DNA of 64,000 nt from Felis catus (lineage: Eukaryota), in assembly GCF_018350175.1 (NCBI RefSeq), contig NC_058381.1, forward strand, positions 15,872,001 to 15,936,000, read 5' to 3'. Below the pieces are notes generated by a model that was not told where the DNA came from, did no database searches, and saw only the letters and a list, made by a program, of their open reading frames with translations. The position numbers and the translations under genes are program-made. Positions 14,424 through 27,373 of the stretch are shown here, one piece after another; position 1 is the stretch's first letter; every line of letters starts with the position of its first letter.

Positions 14424-15242
14424 AAGAATAATAGTCCCTTGCCTGGGCCCGGCATGTAGTTTACTTGTATTTTTGAAATCTCTCATCTAATTCTCACAGC
14501 CATCCTGGGAGGTAGGTAAAGGAACCCACATTTTACAGAGAGGTTAAGTAGTTTTCACCACGTCACACAGCTTAGGTGTAGCAGAGCCAGTACTGGAACT
14601 CAGGTCCTCTAATCCTGACCCCTGTGCTATCTGTCCTGGCTGCCTTCGGGACTGACAGGCCCTGCCTGCCCACCAGAGGCACGCCGTTTAAAGGGGAAAC
14701 ACATCTAAAAGTATCAGTGCAAAGCCATATTGATCAGGTATTCTTATGGAATGCCAACAAGCGCAGGAAAAAGAAGAGGCAGGCAGTTAATTTCCTCTTG
14801 GCCACGTTCTGTCCTAAGAACAGGGTGCCTCCTTATCTGTGCCATATATCTTCAGTGTAGTGTGGCTTTTGATGGTGCCAGTGTAAAAGGAAATGATGTT
14901 CCATAAAGGGCTATCACTTTCTCTTTGTACGCCTCCTTTTACCTGTCTCTGTGTCGTACAGCCTCTTCCTTTTGTTTACTTGTGAATTCCAATCTCTGGA
15001 TCTGTATCTCTGTTTTCCTGAGTCAAAGGGGATGTATCTTGGCCTCTTTATTCCCTGTAGCTGTACCGATCTCAGTCTTCCGATAGATTTTCTTCCTGTG
15101 CTGCATCTTTCTCTCCACGTCTCTTCCCATCATTTTATTTCTCCTTTTGTTCTTCTTAGTCTCTGCTTCCAATGCCACTATTACAGAAAAGAAGTGCAGG
15201 TCTAAGCAAATACGGCTTTTCTCAGAATAGAGTTTCATTTTC

Positions 15243-15244
<2 letters not shown>

Positions 15245-15279
<35 letters not shown>

Positions 15280-15280
15280 T
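15245..15280. repeat. (TTA)n microsatellite
   Basis: Direct reading. Confidence 0.95.
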
Positions 15281-16169
15281 GGTAATTGATGGGTGGATAG
15301 AGACCTCCAAAGATCTCTTTCAGTTCAGTTCTGGAGCTCAAAATAAAGACGTTTCATGTGTGAATCTCAATTGCTTTTCCTTAGGTCCATTTTTCTGGAT
15401 AGGAAGAAAATGTCCTTGATGGAGGGTAGCAGCCTGCACATCGCGTATCTTAAAGACACTCACCTGAGTATTCTCAGTCTCTTACAAGTAAATAGGGTAT
15501 TTTCAATTTAAGGCTAGAGGAACCAGGGAGCAGAATGGGAGAGAGTTCTGCTATCCTGCCCCCTAATGGTATCCAGATTGGGGTTTAAAGGAATGGGAGA
15601 GAGAGGTTAGAAACCAGAGAAATCCCACCATAGCCCTCCCAAACTGGGAGCTTTATAAATTCTTACTCAAGGTGTGGCATTCTGGTTTGGTAAATGAGTC
15701 TTGTCTTGGCTTCTAGTAACCCAAACTTCACTCTCCAAACCCACCTAAGAAGCATAATCAAAAACTCCTTAAATCCCAACTCTACAGCATGAAATCACCC
15801 TGAACGTGAATCAGGACCCTGCGTTCCACCGTGAGCCTTGCTACTTCATAGGGTGGAGTGTCAGCTTCCCGTTCTGCACTTAAGTTTCTTCATCTATAAA
15901 ATGAAATACTATGTTCTCCTGTTTTCACTGGGTTGTTTTGAGAACCAAGTGAGATATGTGAAAATGATTTGAAAAATTGTGAAGGTATAAATATAAAATG
16001 ATGTTAATAACGGCAGCATCAGAGCCCATAAACTACACTCCACACGTTTTAATTCGTGAACAAACAATTAGAAACAGTGGTTATTAGTCAGAAACTATAT
16101 TGTGAAAGACAACTATTTTCTTGTTTATCAGGTTTGAGGGCAGTGTAGTCATTAAGCACACTGACCTTG

Positions 16170-16400
16170 AAGGCAGAAGGTGATGAGTTCAAACTCCAAC
16201 TCTGCCACCAGCAATGTGAACTTGGGCAGTTTTTTCACTGCTCTGGGTCTTACTTTGCGCACATGTGTGTGCACACGTGCGCGCGCACACACACACACAC
16301 ACACATGATAATAGATTCTTTGTGAGGATCCAGTGAGATAATGCTTGTAAAATGTTTGATAGAGTGCCTGGCACATAGTAAGTATTCAATAAATATTAGC
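16170..16400 (+). mobile_element. MIR with an internal (CA)n/(CG)n microsatellite
   Basis: TGTGAACTTGGGCAG...AGTGCCTGGCACATAGTAAGTATTCAATAAATATTAGC. Confidence 0.7.
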
Positions 16401-16588
16401 TTTAAAATGTATCAAGTATTTCTTGGGCACTGGCAATGTGCCAGGCCTAACTTAGGAAACAATATGGAAAGATAATGGTTCTATTTCTGAGAGCTAATAA
16501 GTTTGGTGGGGAAACATCCATACAAATGAAAAAACAACATGGTTACTATTCAAATGCAAAAGTGGTCTAGAAAAGGAAATTTATATTG

Positions 16589-16830
16589 GAGGCACCAGGA
16601 TGACTGAGTCGGTTAAGTGTCGGACTTCGGCTGAGGTCATGATCTTGCGATCTGTAGGTTCGATCTGTAGGTTCGAGCCCCAGGTTGGGCTCTGTGCTGA
16701 CAACTCAGAGCCTGGAGCCTGCTTCGGATTCCCTGTCTCCCTCTCTCTCTGCCCCTCCCCTACTCACACTCTGCCTCTCTCTCTCTCAAAAGTAAATACG
16801 ACATTAAAAACTTTTTTTAGAAAAAAGAAA
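16589..16830 (+). mobile_element. Can-SINE
   Basis: tRNA head, CT tract, A tail. Confidence 0.85.
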
Positions 16831-18494
16831 ATGTATAAATAGGCCTGGAAGAAACAGGTAGATAGAAATTTTCCTAGTGAAGGAAACACGACTCAAAACT
16901 CTTGAAGAGTGAATAGAAGTTTGTATTAAAAAGGCTTGGTGCTTTTTATTTGGCTTTATCATTTGCCATAGGGCTTGACAAGCCAAGTCTCATGTTTATG
17001 CTTGTTGGCTTTCTGGTGATTCAAGCTTAAAATTCTGGTGACTTGATGAGCATGGTGTTGGAAACTGATTTTACTTGCTATTTTCTGTATGTGAAACATC
17101 TGTTGTTTTGTTTTCATTTCACAGACCCCGTAAGAGCTGTACAAACAGCTTCTTGCATAGGGAATAGATTGGTTGCCACCACTTAAAAGTGTTAGCATCC
17201 TTGGAGCATGTCGCTGGTCCCTTTAAGGAGAGAAGGCAGGGAGAAATGGTAACCACTTGTCCCTCTCTGGAAAAGTTGGAGCTGGAGGTGACTGGGACAA
17301 ATAGGTAGGGAACAGAAAATGGGATGCACAAGCATTTGTCCTGGAGACAACGAAAAGTTTACAGAGAGCTGTCCTTTGTCCACATGCAAATGTGAAAATA
17401 CAGAAAGCTTTGTATTTGCCAGATACCTTGCTACCAAACTGGAGTGTCTTTTTCAGTTCACCATGTATGTCAGCAATGAATTTGGGAGTTAGAGATGTTG
17501 CCCTAAGTGGAAGAAATTTCAGACTTTCCTTTGAGTATTCTGTTTCCTTAATGTTGGTCAAATCCTTCAACAATGCACAAGAAGATGAAAAAGCTGTGTT
17601 AACTCTATTATCTGCTTCTGTACCAATAACTGCCATGTTAGAGAAATTTAATTGGCATCTAACAGAAATCATCTGTTACCTTATAAAAGTCATAGAATCT
17701 TAAGAATTTAGAACTGGAAGAGCCTTAAAGAGCTTGTAGGTCAGCCTCTTCATTTCACAAATGAGCAAACGGTGGCCCAGAGAGGCTGAGCCTCCCTCAC
17801 CTCCGTTTCGGAATCCTCTCCAGGGCTTTCGTAAGCATTTTGCATGCTGATGAAGGGAAGGGAGCCACAAAGCCTTTGCATTGCAATAGGCACAAGTGAA
17901 TTAGGGCACCTGGATGGAGAACTTTAAAATAAGAAAACATTGTCAACAACAACAACAAAACAGTCACCGAAACTGGAGAGTATCTTGACCCACAGGCAAG
18001 AGGCAGCACCGCAGAACCACAGAAGGTGTGCAGACATGGTATTCCGCCTCACTAAGATTGAGAGAGGATCTGCTGGCTTCTGTAGGGGGATTTAATGCTT
18101 TTAGGAGTGACCCCCCGCCCTCCCGCCCCGGAGGAAATGCAGCAGCGGCAGGACGTGGAAAAACCATGTTTGGCCTACAGAGAGATCTTTTCCTTAAGAC
18201 TCCTATTTGGACGCGAAAGTGCCTGGTAGATAAGCCGGGCAGGCAGATGGCCACAAGCTCACCGGGCCTCTCCTTCCTTCCGCCAAAGAGAGATGCCCCG
18301 GCCCGGAGGGCTCCCCAACCCTGGGGGTGGGGGTGGGATCTCGACCGAAGGCACCTTCGTACCTGGATTTCTCGCGGCCTCCCCCAGCCCGCACCCTCTG
18401 CCTGGGGCCGGGGAGCAGAGGAGGACTGAGGGCAGGTGCGAGGCGTTTCGTCGGTCGCGCCGGTCTGGGAGGGAGGGGGACGCGTCCGCGGTGA

Positions 18495-19436
<942 letters not shown>

Positions 19437-19521
19437 TGAAGGCTTGGGCTTTGTGCTGTCTCCTGGACCGGACTTTTTCTTTTCTTTTTTTTTTTTTTTT
19501 TTCTTTTCTGCCGCACGTTAG

Positions 19522-19605
19522 ACTGGTTTCTTCAGTGCAGGCAGTGTTGGCCACCGGGTCGGGGATCGTCATCATCCGCTCCTGTAACGACGTGATCACG
19601 GACAG
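19522..19605 (+). CDS. TLCD3A: TLCD3A exon 2
   Basis: 84 nt, LVSSVQAVLATGSGIVIIRSCNDVITD(R); poly-T tract + TAG acceptor, GTAAC donor. Confidence 0.95.
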
Positions 19606-21352
19606 GTAACATTCAGCGCCAGGTGAAAGCAGCACCAGTGACAGCGCCGAACTTTGTGGAAGTGTCCTTATTCGAGTGGCTCTCAGGCGCTAGTTCTTAA
19701 TCAGCACGTGCTGTTGGGGAGCTGATTGATGGGAAAGCTGGGGCACCATAATTAGTGCCTCTTCCTCTCCGTACGTCTTTCGGCCTCGCCCACTTGAGAG
19801 AAAGTAAGCCCAAGATAACGCTAGTGAATGACGGGACTAGGTCTGAAGGTGGGCCATTGACCCAAGTACTTTGTGAGATACGTAAGTGTGAGAATTACTC
19901 GGAAGCGGAACTCTAGCTTTTGGTTCTTTTCAGTGATTTCACTAGGGTCCTACTCTGGAGCTTCATTGGCCAACGTATGTCCAGTGTGGGTAGCAGAGAG
20001 CCCCTCGGTGGAAAGGAGTGAATCCACCAACCCTGTCTTTACAAGGGCGGCTCCGTGGTTCCTCTGGATTTGCTGAAGGCAATGAAGAGGCTTCTAGTGT
20101 TTTCAGAAAACTGACTTGTACGCCAATCATAACTCGGTCCAGAGACAGGTCAGGAAAGGTGCCTCTAGTGAAGAAAATCATAAAGACCAGAGTGGTCTAC
20201 TTTGTACAGTGTTTAGATCTCAGCAACTGTGCCTCCCTCCCCCATTTTTCTAAAAAACCATTTTTTTTTTCATCTGAGTTCCCAGAACCCCTCTTACTTT
20301 CTCCTAAAGAGTGATAATGAAACACGCTGGGAAAATCTCAGAGCCTCTTCTAGTCCCTTTCTCATGTTGACTCTGCAAAGTGCCCTGCTTTTCACCTGTC
20401 GAGACTGAACTTGATGGGAGCCGGAGTGCAGCGTCCACCTCACTGTGGCCTGCAGACTTAGCGTCCGGATCTTCCTTGGGTTAGGGCTGCCCTGTAGCTT
20501 TTGCGCTTTTCTTCCTGTGCCCCTTTTGCAGACGAAACCAGCTATCTGCAACGAATTATGGGCTATGCAGACAGAAGATAGGTCAAGTGGCCTTGACTGC
20601 ATATACCACAGGCTGACAGCATTAGCTTGGCCGGGTTCCGTTTTTATTCTCTTTGGCCATTTTTGAGGTGTCGGGGGCTAACCTGAGGGTGTGGGTCCCT
20701 GTGGTGGAAGCTGAACCACCCTGGAGTGTGGGGACACAAAGGAATCTGGATCCAAGTCGCTTCTTTCCCGCTTTGGGGCTCAATGCCCTGCCTGTCTCAT
20801 AGTTCAATGGGTGAAATAGTTTCTTATTGAGTTGCAGGAAGAGGAAAGAGTTCAGAAGAGCAAAGAATAAGAATGGGTCAGTTAGATAGAAGATGAAACT
20901 CATCCGATCTATGTTGGATCTCATCCAATCAGTCACCAGAACTTTCAACTGACCACAGCATGTTAGCCAGATCAACTCTTTGGCCATTTTCTGATCATGC
21001 AACAAGTTCCCTCACTGCCCCCAGTTTGTCACATCCAACTTGAAACCAGCCTCCTTTGCAAAGATTAAACTGACAGACGTGACTCCACAGCATTATCCTG
21101 AGCTGATATGAGGGCAAGCAGCGAGTAGCCACTAAGCATTTCAGAAGATACTGGTATGCCATTAATTGCCTGTTCTGTAGCGTGGTGTCTCCCCTCAGAA
21201 GCTCCACATGTTTAGTGGCTTGATCCTGGTCGCACACCTGAGTTTGGTTTTCCATTTCCTCCTTTTGTGTCTCTTTATGCCTTAGATTCTCTGATCACAC
21301 AGTAGAGATAGACACATTTCTGTGTCCTCCACCTTTACATGTATGCATGAAG

Positions 21353-21586
21353 ATTTTTTTAAAGGTTATTATTATTATTTTGAGGGAGGGACAGAGAAAG
21401 CATGCAAGTCGGGGGCGTGGGTGGGTGGGTAGGGGCAGAGAGAGAGAGGAGGAGAGAGAATCCCAGGCAGGCTCTGCACTGTCAGCAGAGCCCAAGGCGG
21501 GGCTCTATCTCAAGAACCATGAGATTATGACCTGAGCTAAAATCAAGTGTCAGATGCTTAACCAGCTGAACCACTCAGGAACTCCT
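21353..21586 (-). mobile_element. Can-SINE in TLCD3A intron 2
   Basis: Antisense SINE motifs. Confidence 0.85.
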
Positions 21587-22506
21587 GCCTAAGGATGTTC
21601 TAGAGGTACCTAGATCATCTTAAAAACAGAGTCCTCAGCAAGCACTGCAGGTGATTCTGAATTCGGGTTGAGAACCAGAAAACTAAATTACTTCTACCTG
21701 ACAGGTGCACAGTAAAAATCTGCTGAGTGAAGCTGTCCCTTCTCAGCATAGCATATGATTTCTATGTTGATTTTTTTTTTCACATTACCTATAGAATGAT
21801 TATTTATCATTTGGGAACAAAAGTGTAGAAATTAGAGACTTCTAATCTGCTCTGGGGCAGTGATACACAGTCATTTAGATTCTGCAAATGTTGATTCAGC
21901 CCCTTTGGACAAGTAAATGGGAACACTGTCTTTTGTCCCAGCTTCTCTTCTGGTGTCTGACTGCTGTAAGGTAAGTCCTTGGGCTCTGGGCTCATTTCCA
22001 GATGTATTTTTCTTAATGAGTGCAATTGGGATTAGCCATAGAATTCTAAAGAAAATGGTCAGGGTAGCTCCCAGAAACTCCCTACAGTGGGGTTGCAAGC
22101 AGATGCAAGAGGAAACTCCCAGCTATTGAGCAACTAAGTGAAGTCAAACGGGAAATATTTGATTTGGCATTTGGGACACCTACCTTCAAACCAGTTTCTT
22201 GGTGAGGCTATTGAATCATTTGTAGAGATATCGATATCAAAGTTAACTTCTATCAAAAAGCGCCAGAAAGCCCATTAGAAATGAGTAGCTAAGTCAGAGA
22301 AATAGTGACAGCTGGCTCCGTGGTCCTGAGTGGATCCTGGTTTTCTGCTTTTGACACTTAGGAATTTGCCCTGTCACTCAGAGAAAATTTTTCACTCACC
22401 TTATCACTGTCAGTGTCTCCACTGTAAAGTATTTGGAGTAAGAAACAATCAGGCACGAAGTTGAAGGGGATGTGTTTGAGAAGAGGTCGGCTTTGAGCTT
22501 TCATAA

Positions 22507-22842
<336 letters not shown>

Positions 22843-23868
22843 TAATGTCTTGCCTTCCCCTTCCCTGCTGCACCCGCTCTCCTGGGCCAGCTACTTAAGC
22901 AGTAAAACGTCCCAGGCAGATCCTGCAGGGGGGGGGGGAAAAAAAAGATCTGAAATGTCTGTGATCCTCCTTACAGACATTACTCTTTATGCAAGCCCCC
23001 AGCCCTCTGTGACTCCCAGGCTCTGTCAAAGGTTCTGTCTTTAGCTTATACAATATAAGAACAATTGAAGACACAATGCAGGGCAACATAAAAATTGTTT
23101 TAAAGAAACGAGAGCAGCTTAGTCAACTGGCCATTTGCTCTAACAGTGCCGGAGAGTACTGTATGCACTATTTTGAGATCACAAAAGCACACTCTCAAAG
23201 CAGAGAGCCTCATAATTTCTCCTTGGATCCATTTCCCCACAAAAACCCACCCAACGAGGAAGAGAATGGGAATGCCGGAAGGAAATTAGTAATTTTGAGT
23301 GCCTACCAGGTGACAGGTGCTTGTAGCTTTCTATCTGTGATCAGAAGTTATTAGAGAATAATTAGATATTATTAGCCCTGTACCATAGATAAAGAAACCA
23401 GGGCCCTAAGAGTTTACTTATTGTACCCAGTGGTACGAGGTGACAGAGCTGCTATCCTGGTTTTTCTTAAGATAAAAGGAGTGGTAGAGTATATTACATT
23501 CTTCAAGAAGCTTCACCTGATTGCTCTGGGGCCCTAACATCCAGCACAGGGTCTGGCACATATTTTGTTGACTCAAACTGGCTAAATGCCCTTGGCGTGA
23601 CAAAGTTAGATACCCAAAAGTAGGCTACACGGTTCCTTCCGGCTGACATTGAAATTCAGAAAAAGCTTGGTGTGTGATGCAATCAGCTGATCTGAAGCTG
23701 CCTCTGGATCCTAGGGATTTGGCCATCAAAGTGTCACTGCTGTGGAAGCAGCAGCACATTCACTGGGCCTGTACTTGCTCATTTAGCCTTTCCCTTTCCC
23801 CTCGTGCTCTCTCGTGGTCACCCTTCTCAATAGCCCTAGTTGGAATTTTCCTTCTGGTGATTCCTTAA

Positions 23869-24162
<294 letters not shown>

Positions 24163-24367
24163 TGAGCCGATGGGGTTGAAATTGTACTTCTGATTCCAAT
24201 TTGATACAGGTTGATTTTTTTTTTTTTTTTAAATTCAGTTTCCATATGCCTGTCGGCTGGGTGGCTTATGCCAAATTCAGTATCAGTATTGGAAAAACCA
24301 CGAGCCTGTATGCACACATAAATACAGTGGCATTCAGTCCTCTTTTCTACAAGTGTCAGAAAACTAG

Positions 24368-24733
<366 letters not shown>

Positions 24734-26110
24734 TTGCTCTCCGGAGTCGGGCAGTGAGGGTGCCTCCTCACACCAGCTGCCTCCTCCACTCAATCAATAT
24801 TCTACGGACCAAATTGTGCCCTGGGTGGCCTCAGCCCTTGGGGTATTGATAAGCAGAGGGATTTGAGTTTTTCTAAAGAATATTCATATTACCTCCCTCT
24901 TCTAACCTACCCCTTTTGCAAAAGCACTTTTTTCTTAGTAACAACTATTGGCTTCTGTCAGATTTCCATTGGTAGCAAGGTGGTTTCAATGCAAGCCCAA
25001 GGATCCTTCCTTGGGTCTTAGCTCAAAGGTTCTGGGAGGTAGAAGCATGGGGTATGGAGACAGGTAGACTAGGGTGGTAAGTGTTTGGGCACCCGCCTGG
25101 CCCTAATATTGGTGGCTACCCACCTTTCCAACCACTCAGGGCAGTATCCACACATACCAGGCCAGCAGAAGCAAGACTTGGTTCTTCACGTCAGTTCTTG
25201 TGATGTTGGCCTGGGAAAATCACTGTGTGTAGGTAGTTTTTTATCACTTACTAGATAACCCATTGGTCCCATGCCTCATCCTGTCATCCACGTGCCAACA
25301 CTGAATTCTTGTGTCCACTGACTTCCATTCAGAAGTCTCGCTGGCAGCAGGGTAAGAGGTGGGGAAGGGAACCTACAGCACTTGAGTAGGCAGAGAGGCC
25401 GATAGCGCCTTCGTAGGCTGCCTTGGGAAGACCAGTGTCAAACATGTGAGCTTGTTGTAAAGTCACAGATGCTGTTCCTTTTTTAGCACGTTCCCTCAAG
25501 CCCAGCTTTCCCCGTATCCACACGCACAGGATGCTGTTGTTACGATAGGGGTAAAGCGAACGGTGCCTATCAAGCTCTTTACTGGGTAACCCTGCTTTGA
25601 CACTGCCCTTTCCATATGACATGGAAACAGGCTTCTGTATTCCAAACCGTGAGATGTCTCATCCAGGCTGCCTGATAAACCAGAGCCTGTGTCCCAAAGC
25701 CTGTTCCTACATGAGCGTACGGCCACTTTGCCACAGAAGGCTGGAGAGCAAGGGCGCAAGACAGCGCTGGCCAAAATACATCCTGTGGACCGACTCCCTC
25801 ACCCGCCACTTGCAAATAGGATCCTCTGGTGCCAGTACTAATCGTTCCTTATCAACTAGGATGGTTTTTAGAATCTGCTACCATGCAGTGTTTTTTCAAG
25901 TGGTAGTAAAAATCTAGATGTTTTTAAAGTGCCTTTAATTCATTGTTGTCCATGAACTTTTAAAGTACTGGGTATGTAACGGTGTCTCAAATTTTGACTG
26001 TTTCAGTCTTTAATGGGTGCCATTTAAAAAACCTAAAATGCTGTAATTTTTTTTTTTTTTTTTTTACCATTTTTATTATCGGTGTATCTTTATAAATCAC
26101 CCCTGTGGTG

Positions 26111-26116
26111 ATTAAA
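26111..26116 (+). terminator. Candidate TLCD3A polyadenylation signal (ATTAAA)
   Basis: ATTAAA ~1.4 kb after the stop, downstream of a U-rich tract. Confidence 0.4.
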
Positions 26117-27373
26117 TTGCACTAATATTTCCCAGCTTCTCCTCATTTGTGAAATACATCAATACTGACTTCTTTCCAGACCCATCCTGTGACCTGACTG
26201 GAGTCACTGTTGTGTGCTATGGTTTCCGGCCCACTCATGCACCTGGAAGAAGTGGGGGTGTGGTCATGCTGTCAGTGTCTAGGAGGGCCTAGTTCATACC
26301 TTACTCTAACGTTTCTGGGGTTCCAAGAATACATGGTAGGGTCCTAGAGTTCAAGAATATTAATCAGGTAACTTTTGGCGCTTTCTTCCCTTCCTATGTA
26401 AGTCCCAATTAGAGGAATTGGGAGGGTTGAAAACCAAATGTAGGCCACTAAGCCAACCCACTTAAGGCGGGGGCGGGAACCAGAATAATGCCCCATTTTG
26501 AGTGAAGGTATGCACAGGAAGGTGACAGGGCATATCCTTTTCCTTTCCCTACCTCCCAAATTAAACGTCTCACCAACCAGTTCTCATAGTTCTGGGATAT
26601 ACCCAGACATGTTAAATTTGCATCTTCATGCTTCTGCACACACCACTGCCTGCTCCCACTCTTCAAAACCATGACAACTTACCCTAGGCAGAAGATAACT
26701 GTACCCATCCTTTATACCCATCTCTGCTGTGTTTACCAGACCTGGTTTCACACAGCCCCTCCTGGGTCCACTGAATGGAGTTAAGACCGTACTCCAATTC
26801 CGAAGTCACCCATTTACTTAAGGTTAGTAGTCTACCCCCTGACATTTAATTTTCTTGGTCCAATGTTCTTTTACAGTGGTGCAGGCTGTTTGGGCACACA
26901 AATCACACAGCCACTTGCTGGCAGAAGGGAGTGCTTTTGCTTGTTGCCCTTTCCAAGGTAGCACGAAATGACTCTGGAAAGGGGTTTCAGTGCAAAAGAA
27001 CATACCTGGTAATTTTTCCACTTGGGTGATTTCACCTTTGGACTCATTTGCCAAATTCTAGGGTGGGGTCCAGTTATGAACAAGTTCCTCCCAGGTTGCC
27101 TTGATCTTTAAGACTCCAGCTGAGCCCAATGTCAGAGAATCTCTAAGCCTAGACTATTGACGAGAAAGACTCAAGAGACAGGATAAAACTCAGAAGAGAA
27201 TTTTATAATTTGTATGTTATAAACATCTAAGAAACTATTTTCTTTATAGTTACTGCCATATACCTTCTTAGCTTGTGTACAATTTCACATAACTGAAAAG
27301 TTTATGTTTCTCAGCTCGACCCCTAGAGACCCCACCCATGTTGAGGGCCCAGCTGTTTTCTGATCTACAAAGG

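Larger units (their letters stand above)
7880..17672 (-). pseudogene. Putative decayed multi-exon gene remnant (identity unresolved; possibly kinesin-like)
   Basis: Several non-repeat segments bounded by AG/GT with nearly open frames: 14943-15177, 12296-12376, 11604-11697, 11390-11539, 7880-8147; plus a 149-codon ATG ORF at 17223-17672. Identified by eye only. Confidence 0.3.
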
